This document shows, piece after piece, positions 44,631 to 57,344 of a stretch of DNA of 64,000 nt (position 1 is the stretch's first letter; every line of letters begins with the position of its first letter). The stretch spans positions 12,152,001 to 12,216,000 of the forward strand of contig OX442314.1 in assembly GCA_949358305.1 (NCBI GenBank), written 5' to 3'. This stretch comes from Strigamia acuminata. Its lineage: Eukaryota. The notes under the pieces were generated by a model, which worked only from the letters and a program-made list of their open reading frames with translations, made no database searches and was not told where the DNA came from. Made by a program: the position numbers and the translations under genes.

Positions 44631-47436
44631 TCTAGAAGACTGAAATAACAGAATGGGATTAATTTGATATAATTTTATAAATGTATGTAGAATGATTTCT
44701 TACTATTTTTGTGCAGGACTTCAAACAAAATGGATGCAGTGGTGATTAAAAATGTAAGGTAGGTATCTGCTCTTTATTTGTTTATTGTAGAATATAAGAT
44801 TTCATTTGGTTTGTTTTGGCTTAATGATACTAGAATGAGACGTTGCACAAGCAACTTGTATAAAATGATTTAACTTAAAACGGTTTAAAACGACGGATGG
44901 AGTCGGATTCAGATTGATTGTTGCGTACTCGAGAAATGATGTAGACAGGGTTACATTTGAAAGAACAGTGTAAATTTTATTCAAATTTGAGTATATAAAG
45001 GCAAAGGGATTAAGATAATCCCTAAATTCCAAGAATACATTAATCCGGGTCACAAGTGAGTTTTTCACTTGCGCCACGGTGGTAAAAGACAAACTAATTT
45101 GGTACATTTTGGAAACCACCAGTTTCCACAGTCTCCCCGTCCCGGCGGTCAAGGAGCTCGGTTTCCACTTCCAAATTACAGAGTCTTTGGATGGGTCTTT
45201 GAAGCAGAGTTCCATTCGACATCCGAGTTTCGCAGGAGCGAATCAAATCGTCTCGTCCTTCCTTCACGGAGGTGATGCGGCCCAGCTTCCACGTCATTCT
45301 CAGTCCATTCTGGTCTTCGATGATAACAACATCACCAACATTAAATTTCGTTTGACTTGCAAATCCACGATGTTGTCTAAGCTCGATGAGATATTCTTTT
45401 GTCCAACGATCCCAAAATCGACTGAGCAACATCTGACGATATTCCCATGCTCTCAAAATAATCTCTTTCGATCCCGTACCAGTTGAATACTTCTGTATAG
45501 TGGGTAGGAATGATATTCGTCTTCCTATTAAAAAATGAGTAGGGGAAAGGGGTAATTGCTCACTAGGATTATCATACACATAGGTTAAAGGCCTCGAATT
45601 TACAACTGCTTCAACTTCTGCTAAAATTGTCACGAGTCCATCGTAATCAAGTGAGTTCTTTCCGATCGTTTTTTTCAATGCATTTTTTACCGAGCGTACC
45701 ATACGCTCCCAGAAACCGCCCCACCAAGGTGCGGTCTCTACAATGTATTTCCATTTAATTTGCTTTTCTGTAACAAAACCTTGAAACTGGTCTTCCAGTA
45801 AACTTTTCAAAAATAAATTCAGTTCTTTATCCGCTCGAATAAATGTTTTTGCATTATCGGAATAGATCACTCTCGGAATACCTCGCCTACAAATGAAACG
45901 TTTCATCGCATCTATGAAACGCTCAGTGGACAAACTCGAAACCAACTCAAGGTGGACTGCTCTCGTAACCGCACATGTGAATAACGCTATATATGCCTTT
46001 GCTTCCAACTTAGTATAAAGGGGACCGGCAAAATCAATGCCACAAACTTCAAACGGTTCACAAGGCGTTATTCAATCCACGGGTAACAAACCCCATTTTT
46101 CTTTAGCTAGCCGCCCCTGCACTTTCCTGCACTGCACACACTTGTTGATAACACTTTTGATGGTTTTTCGCGCTCGTAACACCCAGAATTGTTCGCGAAA
46201 GCTGGCTAATGTGTCGGCCAGTCCACCGTGGAGTAATCTCTCTGGTTCACCACGTATGATTAGTTTGGTTATCACTTATCAGGTGCGAATGAGGAAGAAT
46301 GCATGGTTCTTTAACATCTCGAGGCACGTCCGCCAATTTCCATCTGTGGGTTGCTCGAATTATTTCGTTGTCATCTTAAATAGGCGCAAGTTTATATATT
46401 AGTGAGGTTTTTTGCAACAGTTTCTTGTTTTGTAATTGTCTAAGTTCATCTCCGAAGTTGGTCTGCGGCAAATATTTCACCCAATATTGTTCACATATTT
46501 TTAGTTCCTCATTGGTTAGTGGTTCACCATTTCAATTTTTCGTTTTTAAGTTGTTGACAAATCGAAATGTCCACGCTGTGACTCGCTTTAGCTTCTTCCA
46601 CGTACTAAATCGAGTGTAATCGATGTCTGGTTCTGCAATTGTTATCAATGTCATATTCACTTCCATGTCGTCGTCCTCGATGATCGGATTCACATTCACG
46701 TCCTCATTTGGCCATCTCGATTCGATGTCTGCTAGCCATGCCAGTCCTTTTAACCAGAATGGTTCTTCGGTAAGTTGTTTCACGTTCACTCCCCTCGTAA
46801 CCAGGTCGGCTGGGTTGTCCTTGCCTGGGCAGTGGCGCCAATCGTTTCTCGATGTATTTTTGACGATTTCCCGTACACGATTGTACACGAACGTCGCTGG
46901 ACGGTTCTTGGTGTCACGGATCCAATGTAACACTATTTTGGAGTCGGTCCAAATGGTGAAGTCCTCACATCCGAGTGTCAGTTTCAAGGTTGAAACTAAT
47001 CTTGATGCAAGTAAAGCACCCATCAGCTCCAACTTTAGCAGTGTTAACTTTTTAACCGGCGCAACTCTACATTTTGAAATATCAAAATCAATATTAATAG
47101 CACTTGTTGTTACGTCCAGTATTCGAGTGTAGGCTACTATGCCACATGCTCTCAGACTGGCATCACAGAAAATGTGAATCCTTTTCCTACAATTACCTCC
47201 CCAATTTAATAATTTGCGCTCTAAATTTAAATTTTTGAGGTACGGTATTTGAACATACCATTCCTCCTAGGTTAATTTCACATGTTCTGGAATGACGTCA
47301 TCCCACCTAACATTTAATTTCCACAGTTCCTGAAAACTAATTTTAACAGTTATCACAGGGGTTTGCCATTCCCAAGGGATCAAAAATCATAGCAGTTATT
47401 CTAATGATGAATCTCTTAGTACACTTTGTTAAATTA

Positions 47437-47969
47437 GGGGCCGTCCATAAATTACGTAACGCTGATTTTACGATTTTTAGACCCCCTCCCCCCCTTGTAA
47501 CAAGGTCGTAACAAATCCACAAACCCCCCCTAGAATATTACGTAACAAAACTCATCCCCCCCCCCCCGCAAAAAAAAAATTTGATACAAGCTTATAATAC
47601 AAAATTGTACACAAATTTAAAATTTTTTACACAAATTTAAAATTTTTTACAAAAATTTAAAATTTTTTACAAAAATTTAAAAAAAAATTTAAAAAAATTT
47701 AAAAAAAATTTCAAAAAATTTAAAAAAAATTTCAAAAAATTTCAAAAAAATTTCAAAAAATTTAAAAAAAATTTCAAAAAATTTCAAAAAAATTTCAAAA
47801 AATTTAAAAAAAATTTCAAAAAATTTCGAAAATTTTTAAAAATATTAAAAAAAATTTTGTTATGTAACATTATTAAGACCCCCCCCCTCCCTGTCGTAAC
47901 AACTCGTAACAAAATTTGAAACCCCCTCCCCCCCCCCCTCCAGGCGTTACGTAATTTATGGACGGCCTT
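47437..47969. mobile_element. Tourist/Harbinger-like MITE inserted in BEL pol
   Basis: TIR ggccgtccataaattacgtaacg; TTA TSD; internal A/T-rich tandem repeats. Confidence 0.85.
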
Positions 47970-48758
47970 TTAATCTCATTTAATAATTCCGAAATATCTA
48001 ATCCCAAGGTGTCTAGTTTTAAATCCCACACTATCCCCAAAACTTTAGTTTACTTTTGAAAGGTCTTTACGTCACAATTCGGGTCATCTTTCACAATTAT
48101 AGTTTGGAGTTTCATATTGTTCGTTTTCCATTTCACAAGTTTCATATTCGCTGCTTGTAGAATCTCTCGACTCTAATTGTAAGTTTGCACTAACTCGTTT
48201 GAATTGTTCGCATTTGTCACAAAATCATCTACACATAAATCTTCTTTTAGTTTATCACAATTTTCGGGGTATTGTTCTTCAAATTGGTCGACGTGTTCTT
48301 TGATTGTCGCATTTAACAAAAATGGGCTGAGATCTGTCCCAAATGGAGTTTGACACAATTCAACTAGTTTTACCGACTCTTCACCGTTCCACCCGTTGTA
48401 GTGTCCTCGATCCAATAAAATCGTGTGATGTCTCGTTCGTCCATCTTGAGATGTACAGTATTTGATGGAAGGCCTTCTCGATATCGCCGATTGCGCCATA
48501 TTTGCCGGTTCGGCACTTCAAAACAATGTTTATTAGATGAGGTAACATATTCGGGCCTTTACTCAGACAGTCGTTTAGCGACAAACATCCTTTTGCGTGC
48601 GATGACGCATCGTAAACAATTCGCAACTTTGTTGTGGCTCGAGTTTCATCAATTACTGGTCGATGAGGGATATAATACGGGTTGTCTGGCTTTGAGTTCT
48701 TTGGCACCTTCTCCACAATTCCGGAAATCAGTTGTTCGTCTATTACTTTCTTGTATTC

Positions 48759-51496
48759 TAACTTTACTCTACTTTACCTGAATGCCCGCTCACTGTTGCC
48801 CAAAATTGACGATGTCACTGGTCTCGCCAATATTCACTCCCCCAATATTCTTATTATCACTGAAACTTGGCTGTCTCCTGATTGCCCCGACAATATTCTC
48901 AATATCCCTGGGTACACGATCATTCGCTCTGATCGCCCCACAACTGGTGGCGGAGTGGCTCTCTACTCAAAAAGCACCAATAACATTTCCTCTATCATTA
49001 CTAACCAATTGGAGGGCACCGAGTTGCTCTCATGTATTCTATCCTTGAATGGTATCCCCCTCCAAATTATTGTTATTTATCGCCCCCCCCCATCGCTCCC
49101 TAACCCAGGTCCTTGATCTCATCAATGAAGTTATCACCCCTCGTACAAACACCTTAATTGCGGGTGACTTTAACTACAACTTCCTTCCTCATAACCCTGA
49201 TAATACGGTTACGAATTACATGAGATGCATTAACTTAGCCCCAGTAATCGAATCTCCCACCTGAGTTACGGTTAACTCGAAGACATTAATTGACCAAATA
49301 TTCCTTACGAAAGAAATCACGCATAATCCTTGCCACTTAACTGATTTCGACCGTCTGGATCACAAAGTCGTCTTTCTGTCCATCAACCTACCAAAACCCC
49401 CTGCTCCCAACCCTCCCCGACTCAACCGGCATTATTCCTTCAGGAACTGTAACTGGGTCGATATTAATAGAGCCATCTCATGCGTTGATTGGCAACCCCT
49501 TATTGATTTCCCAGACCCTAACACAAAATTAACCATTTTCTACCGCACTGTAATTGACATTCTTACGAAATTTACCCCACCTCCCACTCACCCACAATAA
49601 ACCAAAACATTGGTGGACGGCAGAATTAACTAGGCTCCAAAAAATTAAAACCAGTGCCTACCGTCATCAGCACACGCACCCTGTTAATTACAAGATTGCC
49701 AGCAAACATTTCAAGGCCATGGTCAAGCGGAATAAGCGCTGGACCGTCATGGCATCCAAAAACTTTTGGCGTCTTGTCAAAACTCACACGACAGTGACAG
49801 ATCTCCCCACCTCACCAACCGCGTGTGCAAACTACGCGAAATTCTGCGACAACCCCCTCGGCATCACAAATTCCAATTATAATGCTAACACGGTGCACCC
49901 CCTCCCCACTTTTCTTAACTTTGAGCATGTCACGCCTGCTGACATTATTCTGGCCACCCAAAAAGTTAACTTGTCCTCCAAACATTCCCAGGATCGGATC
50001 CCGGGTGTTGCCATCAGAAACATACTCCCAGCCATTCTCCTCCCACTTACTAACATCCTCAACTCAATAATTGACTCTTCCATCTACCCAACTGTGTGGA
50101 AACATGCTGCTGTTACCCCAATCTTCAAAGGGGGTGACAAGCAATTAGTGTCTAACTTTAGACCTATTTCTTCTCTACTCCCGTTGAGCAAGATTGCGGA
50201 TCATTGCATTCTCATGCAGATTCGCCCTACCCTCGCCCGCCATTCCCCCCACACCCAATATGGTACTCGCCCAGGCTCCAGTGCCCTCCTGCTCATTGGT
50301 TTCCTGTACCTTGACATCACTCACTCATGTGATCAAGCTAACACACTCTATCTGGCTAAAACTGATGTGTCAAAGGCATTTGACACCCCCCCTCAGGATT
50401 ACGTCTTAAATAGCCTCCAGGACCATTCCATTGGCCCCGAACCAGTTAAGCTTTTTTCCTCTTATCTATCCGACCGGACCTTTCATGTCACCTTCGATAC
50501 GGCCCAAATTGACTTCCCCATCACACGTGGTGTCGTACAGGGCACTACCACAGGTACTATGCTGTACAACTCGGTAGCAGAGCCTGTTCTGTTCCTCCCA
50601 CTAGTGTCCCGTATTCGGTCTTATGTTGATGATAACTTCTTGACCCAGTCCATCACCACCGGCCATGAACCCCCCGTCCAAACACAGTTCACCCCGGACC
50701 TTGCGTCACTGGCTAAATGGTACGCGGCCCATGACATGACTCTCAACCAAAACAAGACTAAGACTATAATATTTAGGAGACCTTTGAGAGCAGTGACACC
50801 TTATCCTAGCAAACAAATCACTGTCCTGGGGCTCATCCTTGACCCCCACTTAACTTTCGCACCCCATATCCGCCATATTGTCAGATTCCTCACCCGGTCG
50901 TTATTTATAATTAAACACCTCAGAAAGGTACTGTCGAGACCAGAAATGATCTTCTACATAAAGACGAAGATTCACCCTACTATTACGTATGCCTCCCAAT
51001 ATTGGAATTCCACCGCTCGCAGATTCAAGGTCCCGCTTGCAACTGCATATAATGCCGTTATTCGAGTTGCGATCAACCGTCCCGGCCGTAATCACATCAC
51101 TCCAGTATGCAACGAATTTGACCTCCTGAATTTGGATAACCTTCTCCGCCTTCACGACATCACAGCAATCGCTGATACTGTCCGAAATGTGGACCATCCA
51201 GCCCATAATATCGCCACGCATTACCAGTCAGATGTTGACGCCCGCCTGCCTCGTCGCCATTGTTTTGAAGTCACCACTCGGCAGTCCACCTACAGGAGTA
51301 ACACGTTCCCTTATCGGTGTACCCCCTCTGGAACGACCTCCCAAGCGACTTGAGATCATCGATATTCGACTGCACAGCGTCCTGTTGCCGCTTCCACTGC
51401 CGGCACTTACACAAACGAGTGGGCAACTACCTCCTCAACCAACAAAAAACTGTCTAATTCCTACCTTGTATTTACTCCACCGGAGTGTTTTCTCAA

Positions 51497-51531
<35 letters not shown>
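48759..51531 (+). mobile_element. 5'-truncated non-LTR retrotransposon (APE + RT ORF2, CR1/L2-like) inserted in BEL RT
   Basis: YLNARSL, ITETWL, GGGVA, YRPP, AGDFN, IDQI, DH; RT motifs FRPIS, DVSKAFD, GVVQG, YVDD; 3' (TAAA)n tail; frameshifts and stops in the endonuclease part. Confidence 0.95.
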
Positions 51532-51768
51532 ATTTGGGATTCTTGCAAAAACGGTTAATCAAACTCCACAAACGCTTTTTTGCAACATCTCGATTGTCGC
51601 TCAATTCCTTGCGATCGATCTTGCACGCTAGTCCACCCACTCGATTTGTTCTTTGAATCGCTTCAATGTGTCCACTTCGTCGATTCCGGGTTCCATTGTT
51701 TTATGACGAATCCCAATTGTTTCCAAGTTCCAAAAGTTCAAAGATAAAAAGTTTGTTTGTATTATTGG

Positions 51769-53916
51769 TAGACCCCGGATAAATGCATAAATGCATACTT
51801 CATATGTATTTTGCATATTTAGCCGAAATTGGCTTATATTGCATATTTTCCGAAAATTGAAAAATAAATGCATACAGGATGTATCAGAATTCATGTTACA
51901 CAGAAATAGGGAGTATAGAGAGGGACCAGGAGATCACGTTTCCACGAATCAAAAATTCCAAAAAAAATTTCTCATTTTGTTACAACCCCAAAAACAATGG
52001 AAGATTTCAAATATCGTGCCTTACACATATTGCCAACATTTGCCAGGTGCTGCGATCCGGGTTTTTATCACACTTATTTCTAATAAATAAGCGTGAAACC
52101 GCAGGTGAATGCTTTAAAAGACTTATATCGCGGCCGAAAATTATCTAGGGTTAATTTTAAGAGAGAGAAATAAAAAGACAGTTTTATCAATTCAAATGAA
52201 CACTTTTTATTACAATAAATACAATGATATATGAGAATATATGAGAAATATCACAAATGCGACAAGTCGCGAAATAATGAGACTGTTGCAAGCTAAAAGC
52301 GCTAAAATGGCGCTTAACAACACGAAGTTGTTGGACGAAGACGGTTATCTTTGTTATTCGACTCACGAACGATGGTCCTGCGACGATGGTTCTCGTGGGT
52401 CCTTCTGGAGTACGTACGACGGCTCGGCGGCGGTGGTTCACGACTTCAGGCGTCCGGTCAGCGTATGATGGCTTCGGCAAGTGTTCGCGCACTTGCAGCG
52501 GCGATGGTTCACGATGAGCGCGGGAACTTCTACTTCTCGATAGCTGAAATTAGCGTCGGCTAATTTAAGCTGGATAGCTGGCTTTGTGCGTTGGTGCACA
52601 AAGATAGCAAGGTGAAACTTGAAGAACACGGTCCACTGTCAATACGAATTGTCGGAGCAAAAACGCAGTGATATTGTGGGTTGTGTATTATTTTCAAGAG
52701 TCCCGATTGAAGCTAGGGCGCGAGCCCGGCACGCTTCGATATTGCGCAGATAATCTGCACAATTAGCTCAAACTGGTGCAACAAAGGATTATTGCACCAT
52801 AACGGTGAATTGCCGTTTTCACCCCGGACAACCTGGGGTGATATGTGCCTAGAGAGGATTTCTCTCCTCGGTCACATGATCTGACTTGGCGTGTGCCACA
52901 ATCAAATTAATTAGAAGACACAATTAATTTATCTTCTAAGTTGGTGAAATATTTTGAGATCACCACACAGGTTAAAGCGTAATTCTCAAATAAAAAGACA
53001 CAATCGGTAGCCAACAGCAGAAGTTTATTACAAAAGATGCTCTACATGTCCAACATGTGCATCAATGCACAGCTTGGTAAATAATTTAAGGAAATTAATC
53101 TTTTACATAAATGATTTGTTTTAGTTTTCCCGGATTTATGGGTTTTTTGTGATTCTTTAACATTAAAATGATAGGTTTGTATCTTTTTATTTGAGAATTG
53201 CGTTAAAACCTGGCAAATGTGGGCGATATGCGTGACGCAATATTTGAAATCTTCCATTGTTTTTGGGGTTGTAACCATGTAAGAAATTTTTTTTGGAATT
53301 TCTGATTAGTGGAAATGTGATATCCTGGTCCCCCTCTATACCCCCTGTTTCTGTGTAACATGAATTCTGATACACCCTGTATATTGCCATTTTTTAAGGT
53401 ACGAATATGATATGTACTGTCTGTTGTGATATGTTTTGTTTACGTATCACTGTTTCCGTATTTAAATAGCACATGCACGTGCATTTTAGTATAATTTGTT
53501 TGAAACAATGCCGAAAGTTGTCAATTAAAAATGTATGTTAATGAAATTGACAAAAACACATTACGAGTAGAATGTGATTTTATTTTCTGTGTTGTCTGTT
53601 CGGCTGCAATTGGCGAAAGTGGTAAACCCCCAAAGAAGTTTCAAGTTAGACAACATGTTAAAACCATTCTACATATTAAAAACAAGAACAAAGTCACTAC
53701 CGTTCAACCCAACTTAGTACTGTCGAATCTACAACCACGGTTTTATCACACAGCACTTAGAAATGGCACTAATTTGTTATTGCAATAAATGATTTCACTG
53801 AAATAAATTTTTTTTATTTTGCATATTTCACTTTTTTTTTTGCATATATTGAAATTTTTGGTGCATATTATATGCGCATATAACAAAATTTTTTTTGCAT
53901 ACATATCCGGGGTCTA
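51769..53916 (+). mobile_element. Non-autonomous hAT-like element with a zinc-finger transposase remnant, inserted in BEL
   Basis: TIR tagaccccggata; 8-bp TSD attattgg/attatcgg; remnant MPKV...FCVVC...KKFQVRQHVKTILH at ~53508-53690. Confidence 0.82.
51875..53379. mobile_element. Tc1/mariner-like non-autonomous element with ~170-bp TIRs, nested in the hAT-like element
   Basis: ta-cagg(a/g)tgtatcagaattcatgttacacagaaa... mirrored at 53207-53379; TA TSD. Confidence 0.85.
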
Positions 53917-56303
53917 ATTATCGGTAACAATCACTTTATTTACCCGCACCAAGGACGACATTATTGTTTCTGGTTTCCCAGCTGATCCATGCAGTGTCCA
54001 GCCATCAAGTTTTCATCAATTCGCTATTGTTTTCCTGTTGTAACCCGCCAAAAATTGTCGACACCGATCAAAATGGACACTCCATCGTCTCGTTGAACGT
54101 TGCTGTCATGGGTTAGTTTAATGTCGAATTTTCTTAATTTGTCCATCATCTGCTCATTCGGTTTTCCACGTACGGTCGGCATGATCCAGGGTGATTCGAG
54201 GGCTTCGATTTCTAAGCTACAATGCCTATTATCACAATTATTTAGGTTTAACTTCACCTGGTTTCTTTTGGCAATTGTTGGTTCAGTGGATCCGAAAGTC
54301 AAGAGGGCGATAAATTGTTCACCAGTTTTTTCTAGTTGTAATTCTCGAGACAGTTTTTCTGTTATGAAACTTCTTTGGGAGCCTCCATCCAAAAAGCATT
54401 GAACCTTTCTCTTCTTGTTGCTTCCGTTTGCTTCTAGAACGACGACCTGCATGAACATCATGGTTTCCGTAGCTGTAGACTCTTGCACGGTTGAAGTCAA
54501 AGTTGTTTCTGTTTTCTTGACGTCCTCTTTATCGCACAGGTACGTATGGTGTTTCTGTTTGCATTCCCTACATTTAAATCGTGTATTGCATTGACGAGCT
54601 TGGTGATTTTCTTTTAAACATCTGTAGCAGCGACGTGCTTTAAAACACGCTTTTTTCCGCTTCTCAACCGACAATGAACAGTCCGGACTCTTGTGGTCTT
54701 CTTTTTTGCAAAATGTGCATTTGTAGACAATGTTGGAGAGAGCTGAAGCGGAACTTGGATTATTAGATTTATAGTTTGTTTTCTTTACCTCTTCTTTCTT
54801 GTTATTGGTGGTTTCCGTCGACTCTTGCTGTATTTTGTTGATTTTGTCTGTGGCTTCCGTACGCTCCCTCATCGCGACCTCGAATCTGAAGAAATCAAGA
54901 AATTCTTGTACTTTCCACTGCGAAACTCCTCGTGGACGCGCAAAATCGTGCTGGATACTGTTTGGTACAGCATGTGCTAATATTGGGCACAACAATGGTC
55001 CGAAGGTTTCCGCAGGTACGCCGAGGTTTTTGAGACTTTTGATGTGGAGGTCGCAAAAGTCGTATAGCTTCCGTAACGCCGTTATATCCTCCGCTCGCTT
55101 CACTGGTTGCATCTCGAGGAGTTTGGCCATGTGTGCACCTACAATCTATTCTTTTTGACCAAAACGATTAGTTAAAAGTTCTATTGCAGTGTCATAGTTG
55201 AGTTCCGTCACGGTGAGCCCGCTAATTGCGTTTGCTGCGAGGCCTTCAACGAGCGAGCGCAGGTACACAAATTTGGCGGTTTTAGGCAAAGAAGCGTTAT
55301 TATGGACGCTCAATTCAAAGTCCGACCAGAACCCCGTCCAGGTTTTTGGCGTGCCTTTAAATTTGGCGATCTCGAGCTTCGGCAGTTTCATCACTGCGGT
55401 TGAACTGGATTCGGGTTTGGGTTTGGGTTTGGGTTTGGTACAGGTGGAACGAAACGAGGGTTAACTTGTGGTAAATTTACGAGTGGTACTTGCGGTGGTT
55501 GTTTCATTTGTGCGAGTTCTTTTAAGGTGACTTCGAGTGTGATTCGGGTGGCGGTCATTTCGTCTTGCAGTTCTTCCGCTTCAAATTTGTTGGTCCATCT
55601 CATTCACGTCGGTGATTCCGTCGGCGATTATTGTGTCCAGTTTATCGATTTTCAAACGTTTTGTGATTAGTTGGGCTTGCATGCATAATAATCGTACCTC
55701 GTTGAGAGGATCCTCGGCCATTTCTTTCGTCAATTTCGCAAAAAGCAAACGCACGCTTCTTCTTTGTGTTTCCCTTTGTGCACGACTTCTTGCCAAATCG
55801 TCCATTTTTGCGTTCTGGTTCGTATTTAAGAATAAATCCCGGGTTTTGGCACCATGAGACGTTGCACAAGCAACTTGTATGAAATGATTTAACTTAAAAC
55901 GGTTTAAAACGACGGATGGAGTCGGATTCAGATTGATTATTGCGTACTCGAGAAATGATGTAGACAGGGTTACATTTGAAAGAAAAGTGTAAATTTTATT
56001 CAAATTTGAGTATATAAAGGCAAAGGGATTAAGATAATCCCTAAATTCCAAGAATACATTAATCCGGGTCACCGTAACCACATGGTAAACACACAGAATG
56101 AAAGTATTTTGTGTTCTAAACGCGAAGTAAAGGTATTTAATAGTTAAAAACAAGAAAATATAAAAAACTACGTTTTTGGGAAAAGGGTTTTATTTTGGTG
56201 CTTCAAACCGCTTCCAGAGTGCGCTACTACCCCAGATTTTTTTGTGATTGGTGTAAATTCTCCATTGGGGCCTCGAAGTCATACTGTGGGACCATAAGTG
56301 ATA

Positions 56304-56872
56304 CAGTCGAAACTCTTTATAACGAATCGCGTTATAACGAATTATCGATATAACGAATTGTTTAAAATGACTTGGTTGGCCAGCCATAGAACACCATGTT
56401 AAATATTTTCGTTATAACGAATTTCGATATAACGAATTATTCGTTATAACAAACAGGTTTTCAGGTACACTGTAATACCCATAAGATCTCGTTATAACGA
56501 ATTTTCAAAACTGATCACATCTGATGCCTATATTTAGAAAACAAAGAAAAATGAAAATGGCTGCCAAACGAAAGGCAATTTCAATTCAAGACAAGCTGAA
56601 CATTATTAATGCCATTGACAATGGCAAGAAGCCATCCATTGTAGCTATTGAGTTTAATTTGTCCCGTTCTACAATTTCAGCTGCAAATTTCAACAATTTT
56701 AAAGAATCGGGACAAAATTAACATGAAACTACCATGAAATACTATGTTTATGAATAAATAATGTTTTTCATGATACAATTTAATTTTTTCACCTAATTCG
56801 TTTTAACGAATTCTCATTATAACGAATCGATTCTTTCGGTCTCTTGCGATTCGTTATAAAGAGTTTCGACTG
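56304..56872 (+). mobile_element. Internally deleted pogo/Tigger transposon
   Basis: TIR cagtcgaaactctttataacgaa with TA TSD; CENP-B/psq HTH remnant MAAKRKAISIQDKLNIINAIDNGKKPSIVAIEFNLSRSTIS; absent from the paralogous site at ~39470. Confidence 0.9.
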
Positions 56873-57344
56873 TATAAACACTCCCCTTCACTAGCGCGGA
56901 ATGAATAAGCTTATTCATTTCGCGGTTATTCATTCCGCAGTTGCGCAATTTCGTTGTTGCGAATTCCTAAGAATGCCTAACAAGTGGGGGCTAGCACTCC
57001 CCCATGACCCCCGCGCACCTAACCTTACCAGTGTTTTTTAAACAAATATTCCACGGTTATTCAGTTCCTAATTATTACATTCCGCACTTATTCAATTGTT
57101 GGTCGTGTAATAAGTTGTTTTTTAAATGACCACATTTAAATTTTTTCCGCGCATATTCATTTTGCGCTTGTTATGAAACCCCAACTCGGACTGGTATCTT
57201 TGAATTTGGGAACCATGAACCGTCTTTAATCTATTGGGTGAGTATTATAATTTGTTGCTCATTTTGAAGGTATATTTACACAGTTTAATTGACACTTGAA
57301 GCAATATGAAATGCGTCAAATAAATAATTACCATTAATTTAGAA

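Larger units (their letters stand above)
44836..56071 (-). mobile_element. BEL/Pao LTR retrotransposon, decayed, with nested insertions
   Basis: 217-bp TG...CA LTRs at 55855-56071 and 44836-45052 (3 differences); PBS TGGTGCCAAAACCCGGGA complementary to the tRNA-Phe 3' end. Fragmented gag (LPKLEIAKFKG...), CCHC knuckles, protease (FLDGGSQRSFI), RT (TTKLRIVYDAS, GDIEKAF, VDD), Pao RNase H (FCDAS, WTDS, NPADLVTRG) and integrase (CAVTRAVHLE, SDNA, PWWGGFWERMV). Confidence 0.96.

Noticed and set aside
44802..45215. ORF sharing a long peptide with 55581-56153
   Set aside because: The shared part is the translated LTR.
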